From NCBI GenBank assembly GCA_963768335.1, contig CAVYHR010000006.1, forward strand, positions 1-64,000: a DNA stretch of 64,000 bases, read 5' to 3'. The DNA is from an uncultured Peptococcaceae bacterium. GTDB lineage: Bacteria > Bacillota > DSM-12270 > Thermacetogeniales > Thermacetogeniaceae. The notes below the pieces were generated by a model. The model ran no database searches, was not told the origin of the DNA, and was given only the letters and a program-made list of their open reading frames with translations. A program made the translations under genes and the position numbers. Shown in pieces: positions 1-9,103 of this stretch. Each line of letters begins with the position of its first letter. Positions within the stretch are counted from its first letter, which is position 1.

Positions 1-843
1 GCGAACTGGCGGCCTATCACGTCGGGCGCAAGGTCAGGGTGGAGGCCCCGGACCTGGAGGCCTTCAAGCAGAGATTGAAGGGGCTGGCTCAACAGGGGCC
101 CGAGAGCGTGCCGGCAACCGCCCTGCCCATAGCCGAACCGGTGATCAACCGCGGCGAGGATGCCATCCTCGATATTCTGGTCAGGCGCCTGGAAAGGGAG
201 TTGCCCGGGAACAACTGCCTGCGCGTCGATATGGGCAGCATCAACGGACTGCTGGCCCTTTACTACGGCAAGGCAAACGTGGCCACGGCGCACCTCTGGG
301 ACGGCGATTCCGACGAGTACAACCGCCCTACATCCGGCGCATCCTCCCCGGCCAAAAAATGGTGACCATCAACCTGGTTTTCCGTACTCAGGGCTTTTAT
401 GTGGCGGAAGGAAATCCCCTGGGGATTGGCAGGTGGACCTGACCTGGCCAGACCGGACATCCGGTTCGTCAACCGGGAGCCCGGCTCCGGAACCAGGGTG
501 CTGCTTGACGAACAGTTACGCAAGCTGGGTATCGACCACCGTCAGGTGCCTGGCTACGATAATGTGGAAACGACTCACCTGGCGGTCGCCAGTTGTGTGG
601 CCAAGGGCGCCGCCGACGTCGGGCTGGGCACGGAGTCGGTGGCCGGCCAGGTAAAGGGGCTGGACTTCGTTCCCCGGGCAGAAAGAGCGCTACGACCTGG
701 TGATGCGCAAGGAAGACCTGGACAGGCCTTATGGAAAGGTTATTATAAACCTGCTCCGGTCGACATCCTTCCGCAACGAGGTAAGCGGCATGGGCAGGTA
801 TGACCTCTCACAGATGGGGAAATTGATCGCCGAAGTGTATTAG
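1..843 (+). pseudogene. 5'-truncated PBP-like (periplasmic-binding-protein-like, MoeA/ModE-associated) substrate-binding domain gene; reading frame broken about 3 times
   Basis: Protein-like sequence continues across track ORFs 39..365 (frame 0), a frame-2 stretch at about 362..440, 399..803 (frame 0) and a final frame-1 stretch ending at TAG 841-843. The conserved stretch is RPDIRFVNREPGSGTRVLLDEQLRKLGI...ETTHLAVASCVAKGAADVGLGTESVA...GLDFVP | LAKERYDLVMRKEDLDRPYGKVI. The first shift sits at an A6 run (354-359). The ORF is open from base 1. Confidence 0.45.
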
Positions 844-1079
844 GAATGCTCCCGGTACTTTTTCTTCCAGGCATCGAAGTCCCACCCCTGCAAGAAAACC
901 TTGCCCGCCTTCAATCCGTTGTCGAACAGGGCTATGCTCTGCTCGGGGGTGATGTCGAAATCCACCGTGCCGATTATTGTCTTCTGATTGCCAACCTGGA
1001 CTGTGGTCGGTATGCAGATAGACCGTTCATGGTCCCCGGACGAGACTGAAATATGGTAGTTGTCATTGCCGCTGATCAT
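840..1079 (-). CDS. C-terminal continuation of the patatin-like ORF after an in-frame TAG (79-aa ORF from first Met; 99 codons open from the TAG)
   Basis: Same frame as ORF 1137..1937 (1937 and 1079 are both 2 mod 3). The only stop between them is TAG at 1137-1139. Translation right after it is FDPDPIHNIADYLESLLGTMISGNDNYHISVSSGDHERSI..., which is protein-like. The stop TAA at 840-842 overlaps the convergent upstream gene. Confidence 0.4.
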   Translation of the reverse strand: MISGNDNYHISVSSGDHERSICIPTTVQVGNQKTIIGTVDFDITPEQSIALFDNGLKAGKVFLQGWDFDAWKKKYREHS

Positions 1080-1136
1080 CGTGCCTAACAGAGACTCCAG
1101 GTAGTCGGCGATGTTGTGGATCGGGTCGGGGTCGAA

Positions 1137-1845
1137 CTACGGCAAAGTCCTGCCCGTAGTATCGACGGGTTTGAAACCGAAGGTCGGCCAGGGCGGATCG
1201 CTGGTGCCGTCGTCCAGGAGCCAGATCGGGTAGTTGCTCAGCACTCCGCCGTCAACGATATAATGTAGTTTCCCCCGGCTATCGGTCAACCTGACCGGCT
1301 CGAAAAACACCGGGATGCTGATACTCATCCGGACAGCGGCGGCAATGCTGAATTGATCGGGATCATACCCAAAATTCTTGAGGTCTCCAGGCAGGACGAG
1401 GAGTCTTTTGTCGGTCATGTCGGAGGCGATGGCCTGGAACTTGTACGTGTACTTTTCCTGCGTGGGGTTAGCGAACTTGATGTCCCCGAAAGTTGTCTTT
1501 CCCTTGGCGTCGAGCAGGGCACCCAGCCAATTTTCAAAAAATGTCCCCTTGTAAATGCCGTACCTGAAAACGATGCTGGCGATCTTGCCGGGAACGCTAA
1601 ATCTGTCCAGCCAGTTCTCATCCTCAAAGTCCTTGTAGTTCAACTTCTGCAATGCCTGCTCGATCTCCCCGGCCGTATAGCCCACCGCCAGCAGCGAGGC
1701 CACGATCGCTCCCGCCGAAGTTCCCGCCAGGTTGACGAACTGGTAACCGGCCTCTTCAATGGCGGCCACGGCCCCAACCAGGCCGATGCCCTTCACCCCG
1801 CCGCCCTCAAAAACCGCATCGCAATTCAACGCCATTTTTTCGGCA
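1137..1845 (-). CDS. patatin-like phospholipase
   Basis: MALNCDAVFEGGGVKGIGLVGAV... (oxyanion GGGxKG), GTSAG nucleophile elbow and a distal DGG(V) Asp motif. RBS AAAGGAG sits 9 nt before ATG at 1845. The track ORF extends to 1937, but that N-terminus has no RBS. Confidence 0.85.
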
Positions 1846-2233
1846 CTCCTTTCCGGCCCGTTGCTAATTCCAACTTTGCTTCGCTTAGCTTGAAATATTT
1901 CTATTCCACACTTAGCATTAACATGCGGGGGATGCACGGAGTAGCGTTCCTTTCGGGACGGTTCACAAGAGATCGGAGGTCATGAAGTTCAGACCGGCGC
2001 CCGCCTGCAGCCTGGCGGCGACCTGCTCCCGCAGGGGCTGGGCCGGCTCCTGCCGGCCCAGGTTCTTGAAGGCTACCGCCAGCATCAGCTTGATGCGGTT
2101 CAACTGGTTGACCTCGCTGGCGCCGGCCAGTCGTTACAATTCATGCTGCCATCCTTCACCGCCGGTCCACCGGCCCCGGCAACCCCCGGGAAGTTCATGT
2201 GCCGGAACCGGCCGTGCCTGGCGCCCACATCGG

Positions 2234-4985
2234 TCATCCGGTCCTTGTCCGGCTTGCAGTTCCGGCCCAGACATGGCAGATCGGTTTGCCAAGCTTTTTC
2301 GCCAGATCGACTATCTCCCCGGTGCCGCCCCGTCCCTGGGCTTTCCTGCCGTCCCAGACCGCCACCATCACGTCGCTGTGCTCCACAATGTAGCGCCCGG
2401 ACCTCAGATAGGCCTCGCCCCGGGTCGGCGCGGGGGGCATGACGATGGTCTCGATGGCGCGCTCCGCCAGCCAGTAGCGAAACTCCTGCCTCAGCTCGGC
2501 CTCGTCGTAGTCCAGGCGGTGCTCGTCAGTGGGGCCAAAGTCTTTGATGTAGTCATCCAGAGGCACCGGCAGCACCACGATCAACCGGGCCGCCTCGTTC
2601 TTGAGCAGGGCACGGGCCACCAGCCGGTCGGCCCCGATAGCCAGGGGGGAGAAGACCGTCAGGTAGTGTTCCGGGAATTGGGACTCGATAAAGGTCACCG
2701 CTCTGGCGACTCCTGCCTCCAGTTCGGCCATCCGTTCCGGGTCGAGCCAGACATGGCCGGTGATACCCACCCTGAGCATCTCCCGGTGGCCCAGCCTGGT
2801 GAGGGCATCGAACTCCCCGGCATCGACGTGCATCTCTAAAATGTGGTCCGGGGGCAGACTGGACAGGGCGAAACTCCGCCTCTCATCAAGGTTGCTCATC
2901 CTGACCAGGGTCTCCATGGAGCGGGCCTCATAACGATAGCGGTTAACCTTCAGGAAGGCATCCAGCACCCCCCGGTCCACCTGAAACCGGTCGCCCTTCT
3001 TGATGTGCGGGGCTGATATCTCCAGGCAGCGGTTCAAGAGAAACGCCCGCCGGATGGGGAACATCCGGTCCTCGACAGTGTTGGGATGACCGTTCACGCC
3101 CTTCACGTCGATGTAGGCCCGCAGCCTGCTGATGAAATCGGGTTTTTTGGCAGCCGCCTTCTCCCCGCCGGAGCCGGCGCAGAACTCCTTGAAGGAGTGT
3201 CCGGTCGCCCCGGTGAAGACGTAGATGCCGCCGCCCAGCGGGTGCCCGCTGCCATGGTCGTTGAACTCGCCGTCCTGCATGGGCGCCAGAAAATCCGCAG
3301 CCAGCCCAGCGGGATGCCCTCGCAGGGTGCGTCGAACTCGTCCCAGAAGACCAGGGGCATCTTTCCCCTCAGGCGCCGGTCCCTGATCTGGTGGAAGGCC
3401 TGGGCGAGTTCCCGGGGCGATGTAAACTGGGAGAGGTTGAAGGTCAGTTGGGCGTTTTCGGCAATCCCCAGACCCCTGGCAATCTCCTTGACAACGAAGG
3501 ACTTGCCGGCCCCAGGGGGCCCGAACACCGCCACGCAGAGCGGTGTTTGCAGGCGCTGCTGCTTTAAATAGTCCGCCATAGCGTTGTAGACGCTGCGCAC
3601 GCCCTCGATCTCGCGCCGGTCGGCGCTGCGCCAGTTACCGACCATTTCCACGGGGACGTCGGGCAGGGCCACCCCGGGCCCCTCCTCCACGATCATCCGG
3701 GCGTACTCGAAAACCGCGTCCATGGTCCTGGAACCCCTGGCAACGCTTGCTTCCGTAATTTGCGCACCCGCCCGGCCCCTGTTCTCCTTGACCGCCTCTT
3801 CAAGGATGGACCACCCCGCCCGAGGCGGCGCCGCACCGGGTGCTCCCTGGGGGCGGCGCCCGCCTTCACTACGGGCCAGACCCCTGACATCCTGAAAAAT
3901 CCCCAGGTCCCATATTTTATCGGTCCTCTTGTCACCCGTTCCCTCGTGATAAGCCTTCACCAACCGCTGGCAGGGAAACTGGAGGCGCTGGCAGTCTCCT
4001 GCCGCCACCACCTCGCAACCATCCAGGTAAAGCAGCCGGGCCAGGGCGATACCGTCCCGGGTCGCCCTGGACCAGTCAACGCCCGGTGGCCAGTTGACCC
4101 AGGCCGCGGCCAGAGCCCCCAGCACACAGGTATTGGCACCCGGCGCCTGCCTCGTAAGATGCCGGGCAAAGTCGCCCTCCTGGCCGGAGCGGTCAAAGAT
4201 CAGAGTGTCATGTTCCTGCCCTACGATCACCGCCCCGCTCGCCCCGACGGTGACGATCACCTGATGGAAGAGCAGGTTGTTCTGATCGTCGACAAAGGGG
4301 CCCCTCGGGCTGCAGACGGCAGCGATTATGGCCTCAAACAGCCTCTCCCAGGAAAGGGAAACCCCGACCCGTTGCGGGCAGGCCCGCAGGTCTCCGATAG
4401 AGGTCAGGATGGTGGTCCTGGCCGCCAGGTCGATGGCATGAAGCCTGGCCAGCAAGGGGTGCTCCCGGTCGCCGCCAAACCGGGCGAGCTGGAGGATGAT
4501 CTGCTCCGGCTTTCTGCCGCACCGCGCCCGGCGGGCGCCCGCTTCGGGCGCGGACCCGGCACCGCCTCCTCCGCATCCGGGCTAAGCCCGGCCTGAATGT
4601 CCGCTCGAGGCTGGCGCCTCGGCTGAAAGCCCGCCGACACACCGGGAATGCGGAGCACAGGTGGGCGCGGCACCCGCCGCTCTCCTAAAACCTCCGGCCA
4701 CCCCTCCGTGACACTGCGAAATCCCAGGCCGCTGTCGGCGATCACCAGCAGGTCCGGCAGGCCGGCAGGCCGGCCCTCGACCTCAGCCAGCTCCGGCGGG
4801 ATCATCTCTTTTAAAAACTGCAGGATCAGCGCCGACCCACCGGCCCGGGACATCAGGCGCGCCACTGCTGCCGGACGATCGGGCAGCCGGGGGTGGCTTT
4901 CGCCTCTGCTGTAATGATCCTCGCCCTGGATGGTCAGCCAGTCGACGGTGGGGTCGCCGCATACCTGCACCAGAAGTTTCGCCAT
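2234..4985 (-). CDS. large multidomain NTPase: degenerate ribokinase/PfkB-like domain + AAA+ ATPase + C-terminal LOG/SLOG-like Rossmann domain; split over three frames in this assembly
   Basis: The three track ORFs 4404..4985, 3103..4455 and 2234..3280 are colinear and each continues the protein-like sequence of the previous one. PfkB-like motifs: AGGSALILQFL and APGANTCVLGALAAAW (GAGD degenerated to GANT). Walker A CVAVFGPPGAGKSF, Walker B LVFWDEFD, sensor-1-like IYVFTGAT. LOG-like: LTVFSPLAIGADRL...LIVVLPVP and GRGGTGEIVDLAKKLGKPI (PGGxGTxEE-like). The shift near 3290 looks like GGG->GG. The other break coincides with repeat copy A. Confidence 0.6.
4563..4668. repeat. P1-type palindromic repeat, copy A, inside the NTPase coding region
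   Basis: CCTCCTCCGCATCCGGGCT-AAGCCCGGCCTGAATG...GAAAGCCCGCCGACACACCGGGAATGCGGAGCACAG. The outer arms CTCCGCAT(C)CGGG / CCCGGGAATGCGGAG are reverse complements. The terminal 35 nt matches copy B. Confidence 0.6.
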
Positions 4986-5197
4986 GCCGCCCTCCTGCCT
5001 TACGATCTGCTATTAGGCAACGCTCAACTTATTATGTGAAATAATCTCATCTTTCAAAAGGAGGCGGCAGACCGGACCGGGGTTTAAACCATACTTATTG
5101 CCCGGGGATGAGTTTGAGAGGTAATAATCAAGAAAAATGGTATAATACTGTAGTGAATAACCAGATTATCGCCTTGCCATCACCAGGAGGAATGCTT

Positions 5198-6397
5198 ATG
5201 AGAAAAATGCTCAAGATCCTGCCGGTCCTTCTGCTTTCCCTGGCCGTGGCTGTCGGTTGCGCCAAACACGCCCCACCGCCGCCGCAACCTCCTCCGCCGG
5301 CCCAGCCCGCCAAAGCCGACCCGGCCAAGACCAGCGGCGCCACCAACGCCTCCCTGTTCTTCCTCAACAACCAACTGGGATGGGTTGCAGTCAACCTGGA
5401 GACACAGCAGCCCCCGGCCAGCGTCATCCTGCATACCGGTGACGGCGGGCAGAACTGGGTGCAGTTGAACTCCCCGGGTCTGTCGGTCGTCCAGCAACTG
5501 GCCTTCCCTGATGCCCAGCACGGCTGGGCGCTGGTGTCAGCCGACGCCGGCAACAGCCAGACAAGCTGCGCCATCATGGCCACGGCCGACGGAGGAAAGA
5601 CCTGGACACAGCAGTGGTCAGAGGTGATTCAACAGGGTGGATACCCGTACCGGATGCAGTTCCTGGACGCCAGCAACGGCTTCGCCCTGATCGGCAACAC
5701 CTTTGTGGTCACGCTGGACGGCGGCGCCCACTGGGTGCAGCGCACCATGGTACAGGGCATGAGCGGTTTCAGTTTCAGTGACCGCCTGGCGGGTTGGGCG
5801 GTTGGGGCCAACTCCATCTGGCACACCACCGACGGAGGAGTGACCTGGCTCAGGCAGTGGACGATACCGGACAATATTAAAAGCGAGTTCCCCGACAGTG
5901 GAGGCATCATCATCTTTGTCTCCCCCAACGCCGGCTGGGCGCTGTTCCAGGGGGAAGGGTCCATGTTCAAGTCCTCCAAGCTGGTGCTGCATACGGATGA
6001 CGGCAGTAACTGGTCGGCTGCCAGCGCCTACCTCCCTCCCATCAACCAGACCGGCCTCCCACCTAACACAGCGCCCCACTATACCGTGGCGCGCTTCGTA
6101 CCGGTGAACGCCACCACCGCCTTGCTGGCGGCATCGCCTCCCACCGACTACCCGGTGCTGTACCGCACCACCGACAATGGTAGTGACTGGGAGACGCTCA
6201 GCGATGGGATGAGCGGCGCCTCCGGCCTGCCCGAGGGCACCTGGGGAGACCTCAGCTTTGCGGGCGGCAGCGAGGGCTGGGCGGCGGTAATTACCCAACC
6301 TACGTCCAAGTCAAGCAGCGGCACTCCTACCGGCAGCAACGTGGCCCTGCTGCACACCCTGGACGGCGGCAAGACCTGGGCCACCCAGTTCCCGTAA
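5198..6397 (+). CDS. BNR/Asp-box (Ycf48-like) beta-propeller lipoprotein
   Basis: RBS AGGAGG before ATG at 5198. Signal peptide MRKMLKILPVLLLSLAVAVGC with a lipobox, followed by a Pro-rich linker. Seven SxDxGxTW-type repeats (TGDGGQNW, ADGGKTW, LDGGAHW, TDGGVTW, TDDGSNW, TDNGSDW, LDGGKTW). Confidence 0.8.
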   Translation: MRKMLKILPVLLLSLAVAVGCAKHAPPPPQPPPPAQPAKADPAKTSGATNASLFFLNNQLGWVAVNLETQQPPASVILHTGDGGQNWVQLNSPGLSVVQQLAFPDAQHGWALVSADAGNSQTSCAIMATADGGKTWTQQWSEVIQQGGYPYRMQFLDASNGFALIGNTFVVTLDGGAHWVQRTMVQGMSGFSFSDRLAGWAVGANSIWHTTDGGVTWLRQWTIPDNIKSEFPDSGGIIIFVSPNAGWALFQGEGSMFKSSKLVLHTDDGSNWSAASAYLPPINQTGLPPNTAPHYTVARFVPVNATTALLAASPPTDYPVLYRTTDNGSDWETLSDGMSGASGLPEGTWGDLSFAGGSEGWAAVITQPTSKSSSGTPTGSNVALLHTLDGGKTWATQFP

Positions 6398-6559
6398 AGA
6401 TTGTCATGGGCATAGAACCACTGGGATCGTGCCCGCCGGAACGCTTTACCTTGGGTGCGACTTACGGCGGGAAATACATAAACCGGCGTGAAACAGCAAG
6501 AAGCCGCAGGCTGCATAAACCTGCGGCTTTTGTTTGCCGTTCTCTGTTAACCGTGAGGT

Positions 6560-8554
6560 TTATTTAGTATCCGGCGCCTGCTGCTGCCCCGGCAGTTGCA
6601 GGTTGCCCTTCAGCAACTTGGCCAGCACAGCGTTCACCAGGGCGCCCTGACTGTTTTCTCCCCCGTTAATCATGATCTCGGGTGTGATCTTGATTTGCTT
6701 CTCCGAGATCAATTTCATCAACTCGATACTAACGAGTCCTTCCGCTGTTACTGCTTGCTTGGTCAGTTCGTATGCCTGCGCCGTGTTCTTGCCGATCGAC
6801 AGAATTTTATCAGCCTCACCCTGGCCTTCAAGCCTGATTTTCTCGGCCTCGCCCTGGGCAATGGCGATGGTCTTTTGCTTGATCTGTTCTGCAACCTGCA
6901 CATCAATCTGCGCTGCCACCAGGGTTGCCTGCTTGTCAGCCTCGGCCCTGGTTTTTTCCATGGCGATACGCTTTTGTTCCGAATTCCTCTGCTCATCGAA
7001 CATTGACTGCCGCTGCAGGGCGAGCACCTTGTTGGTCTGGGTCTCCATCAGCTCCGGCGGCAGAACAATATTACTGATGAGCACCGATAATACCTCGACA
7101 TGGTACTTGCTCAGTTCGTTGACGGCACGCTTCAGTGCCTGATCCTGCTGCTCGTGGCGATCCTGCAGGAATTGCATCGCTGAAGCCGTGGATGCCTGAT
7201 TGCGGAATGATGAGTCGATCAGCGGGTGAATGACGTTGGTGATCAGGTTTTCTATGCTGCCAATACGACTCACGAGATAGGGCGATTGATCGGGCAGCAC
7301 CCTGATGACCACTTTCACGCCTACCTTAAGCGCAAAACCATCCTTGCTGTTCACGTTCAGCGAGTCGAACTTGGTATCCGCGGCATCATCCCAATCAATG
7401 GTGGTATTAGTGGTATTAATGATGATCGGCCTGTATGCCAAGAGGTTCAAATAAAAATTTCCCGGTCCGAGCACTGAACGCTGTATGCCCCGGTATCCTT
7501 CCGTAACTACATATTTTTCTGCATTAAAGTCGTCCGCTGCATCATCGTTCGCTTTGGGCTCCCCGGAAGACAACGGTATTGCCGGTTGTTTGCCGACGTT
7601 GGAGATAATCACCGCCACCTGACCCTGGTTGACAGTTAACGCATCAGATGTTTGCACTGAAAACATCAGGGGGTTTACATAAAATTTGCCTGGGGTGAGG
7701 ACATCTAATTGTGGGCCGCGCTGCCCACCGTTCATGAGAAACGCTGCGGCATTCTGGAACATATCGTGACCTTGAATGGTCTTGGCGATTAGCTCGTTTT
7801 CCGGCAGTTCTTCTCCATCATTTGCGGTGACAATGCCAACTTTGCCGGACGGAACATCGATAGCTGGAGTGATTTTCACATCGAACATCCGGAGATTTAT
7901 TCTGTACCGGCCCGGTCTCAAGATATCTAGTTGTGGCCCCTTCTGTCCGCCCTGCTCGAGGAAAGCCTCTCCGTCCTGGTAGTTGCTATGGCCAGGAACT
8001 GATTTAGCGTAGAGTCGCCCCGGATCCAGCGGTTGGCCGGCTGCTGCGTTCACGATGCCAATCGAGCCCGCAGGGATCGTTATCGCATCCATAACTGTGA
8101 TCTTGAAGAGATAGCTGTTGACTCTGTAGAGACCTGGCGGCAGTGTTTCTGTCTGGATGCCTTTCTGTCCCCCGTTTTTCAAGAAAGCCTCAGCATCCTG
8201 AAAGTGGTTATGACCGGTTACGACCCTGCCGAATATATCTCCCGGATCGAGGGGCCTCCCGTCTATCGATTCGATTATTCCCACCTGGTTTTCCCCGATC
8301 GCCACCAGTTCATCGATGCGGACGTTGAACAGGAACGGAAAAAAGAGATGAAGGCCCGGCCCCAAGATTCTTGCCTGAATTCCGATCTGCCCGGGCAGTG
8401 CGACGACCCTATCCGAAGGAAGCCTTGCTCCGAAAAGTTTTTGTTCTACTATCCCCACCTGTCGGCCGCCGATAATGACGATCATCCGTGCACTTGCGAG
8501 CAGTAATATGACAACAATCGCCACAATTACATAAAGAATCGTATCCATTGCCAT
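6560..8554 (-). CDS. flotillin-like SPFH/band-7 membrane protein (YqiK family) with N-terminal repeats
   Basis: N-terminal TM helix. Four ~80-aa repeats (GIVEQKLFG..., GIIESIDGRPLDPG..., GIVNAAAGQPLDPG..., GIVTANDGEELPE...). Then an SPFH core and a long Ala/Glu/Gln-rich coiled coil (EQKRIAMEKTRAEADKQATLVAAQIDVQVAEQ...). Confidence 0.85.
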   Translation of the reverse strand: MAMDTILYVIVAIVVILLLASARMIVIIGGRQVGIVEQKLFGARLPSDRVVALPGQIGIQARILGPGLHLFFPFLFNVRIDELVAIGENQVGIIESIDGRPLDPGDIFGRVVTGHNHFQDAEAFLKNGGQKGIQTETLPPGLYRVNSYLFKITVMDAITIPAGSIGIVNAAAGQPLDPGRLYAKSVPGHSNYQDGEAFLEQGGQKGPQLDILRPGRYRINLRMFDVKITPAIDVPSGKVGIVTANDGEELPENELIAKTIQGHDMFQNAAAFLMNGGQRGPQLDVLTPGKFYVNPLMFSVQTSDALTVNQGQVAVIISNVGKQPAIPLSSGEPKANDDAADDFNAEKYVVTEGYRGIQRSVLGPGNFYLNLLAYRPIIINTTNTTIDWDDAADTKFDSLNVNSKDGFALKVGVKVVIRVLPDQSPYLVSRIGSIENLITNVIHPLIDSSFRNQASTASAMQFLQDRHEQQDQALKRAVNELSKYHVEVLSVLISNIVLPPELMETQTNKVLALQRQSMFDEQRNSEQKRIAMEKTRAEADKQATLVAAQIDVQVAEQIKQKTIAIAQGEAEKIRLEGQGEADKILSIGKNTAQAYELTKQAVTAEGLVSIELMKLISEKQIKITPEIMINGGENSQGALVNAVLAKLLKGNLQLPGQQQAPDTK

Positions 8555-8951
8555 TCGTTCCTCCTCTTCATGCTTGACTGTTTAAGCCGCATACTGATTC
8601 TGCTTGAATAACGCCTGGCGCTATTTTTGTTTTCCAACTTCCGATCCAAGATGCCGATCCGCTCGCCCCCGACGATCACCACCATATGCGAGTTCAGGGA
8701 TGACCAGGAGCACCAGCGCCAACTCTATCCAAGATCAGCCTCCCTTCAATTTTTCTCCTTGCTCCCCACCTATCATTATCATAATTAGGCCCTTTTGGCT
8801 ATGCGCCGCAGGCAAGAAATAAGCCGCCTATCCTACAGCAAAACGCCGGAAAGCGACATTTAACATGCGTGTAATTGATTACCTGTTATTTTGGTGGTCA
8901 GATGCCAGAAGGCGGATGTCAGCACATTTTTCTCCTGCTTTTGGACATCTT

Positions 8952-9095
8952 GCCTCCTCCGCATTCAGGCCTTCGGCCTGGCCTGAACGCCGGCTCAAGG
9001 CTCCGCCTTGGCTCCTGTGCTCCGCATTCTTCAGGCTGGGCTGAAAGCCCAGATGCGGAGGAAAGCCCGCCGGCACACCGGGAATGCGGAGTACA
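8952..9095. repeat. P1-type palindromic repeat, copy B (two hairpin units plus the shared terminal module)
   Basis: GCCTCCTCCGCATTCAGGCC..., then TGTGCTCCGCATTCTTCAGGCTGGGCTGAAAGCCCAGATGCGGAGG, then AAAGCCCGCCGGCACACCGGGAATGCGGAGTACAT. It lies right after the HK stop codon, in its 3' UTR. Confidence 0.6.
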
Positions 9096-9103
9096 TGACC
9101 TCT

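Noticed and set aside
1137-1139. Pyrrolysine decoding of the in-frame TAG in the patatin-like gene.
   Set aside because: Not supported by anything in the window: there are no pyl genes here and patatins are not known Pyl proteins. It is kept only as a low-probability alternative to a nonsense mutation or base-call error.
1982-2839. Long ORFs antisense to clearly identified genes (examples: 1982..2839+, 5618..6298-, 10781..12280-, 13677..15851+, 16869..17885+, 18237..19061-, 23313..24191+, 25115..26023+, 27652..28579 alternative frames, 38784..39377-, 45391..46542+).
   Set aside because: High-GC genomes give long stop-free antisense frames. Their products are Pro/Arg/Gly/Ala-rich low-complexity sequence with no motifs, and every one overlaps a gene with strong family signatures on the other strand.
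8945-9100. Repeat clusters as a possible CRISPR array.
   Set aside because: There is no regular repeat-spacer periodicity. The units are palindromic hairpins of variable composition and spacing, dispersed across the window, and no cas genes are present.
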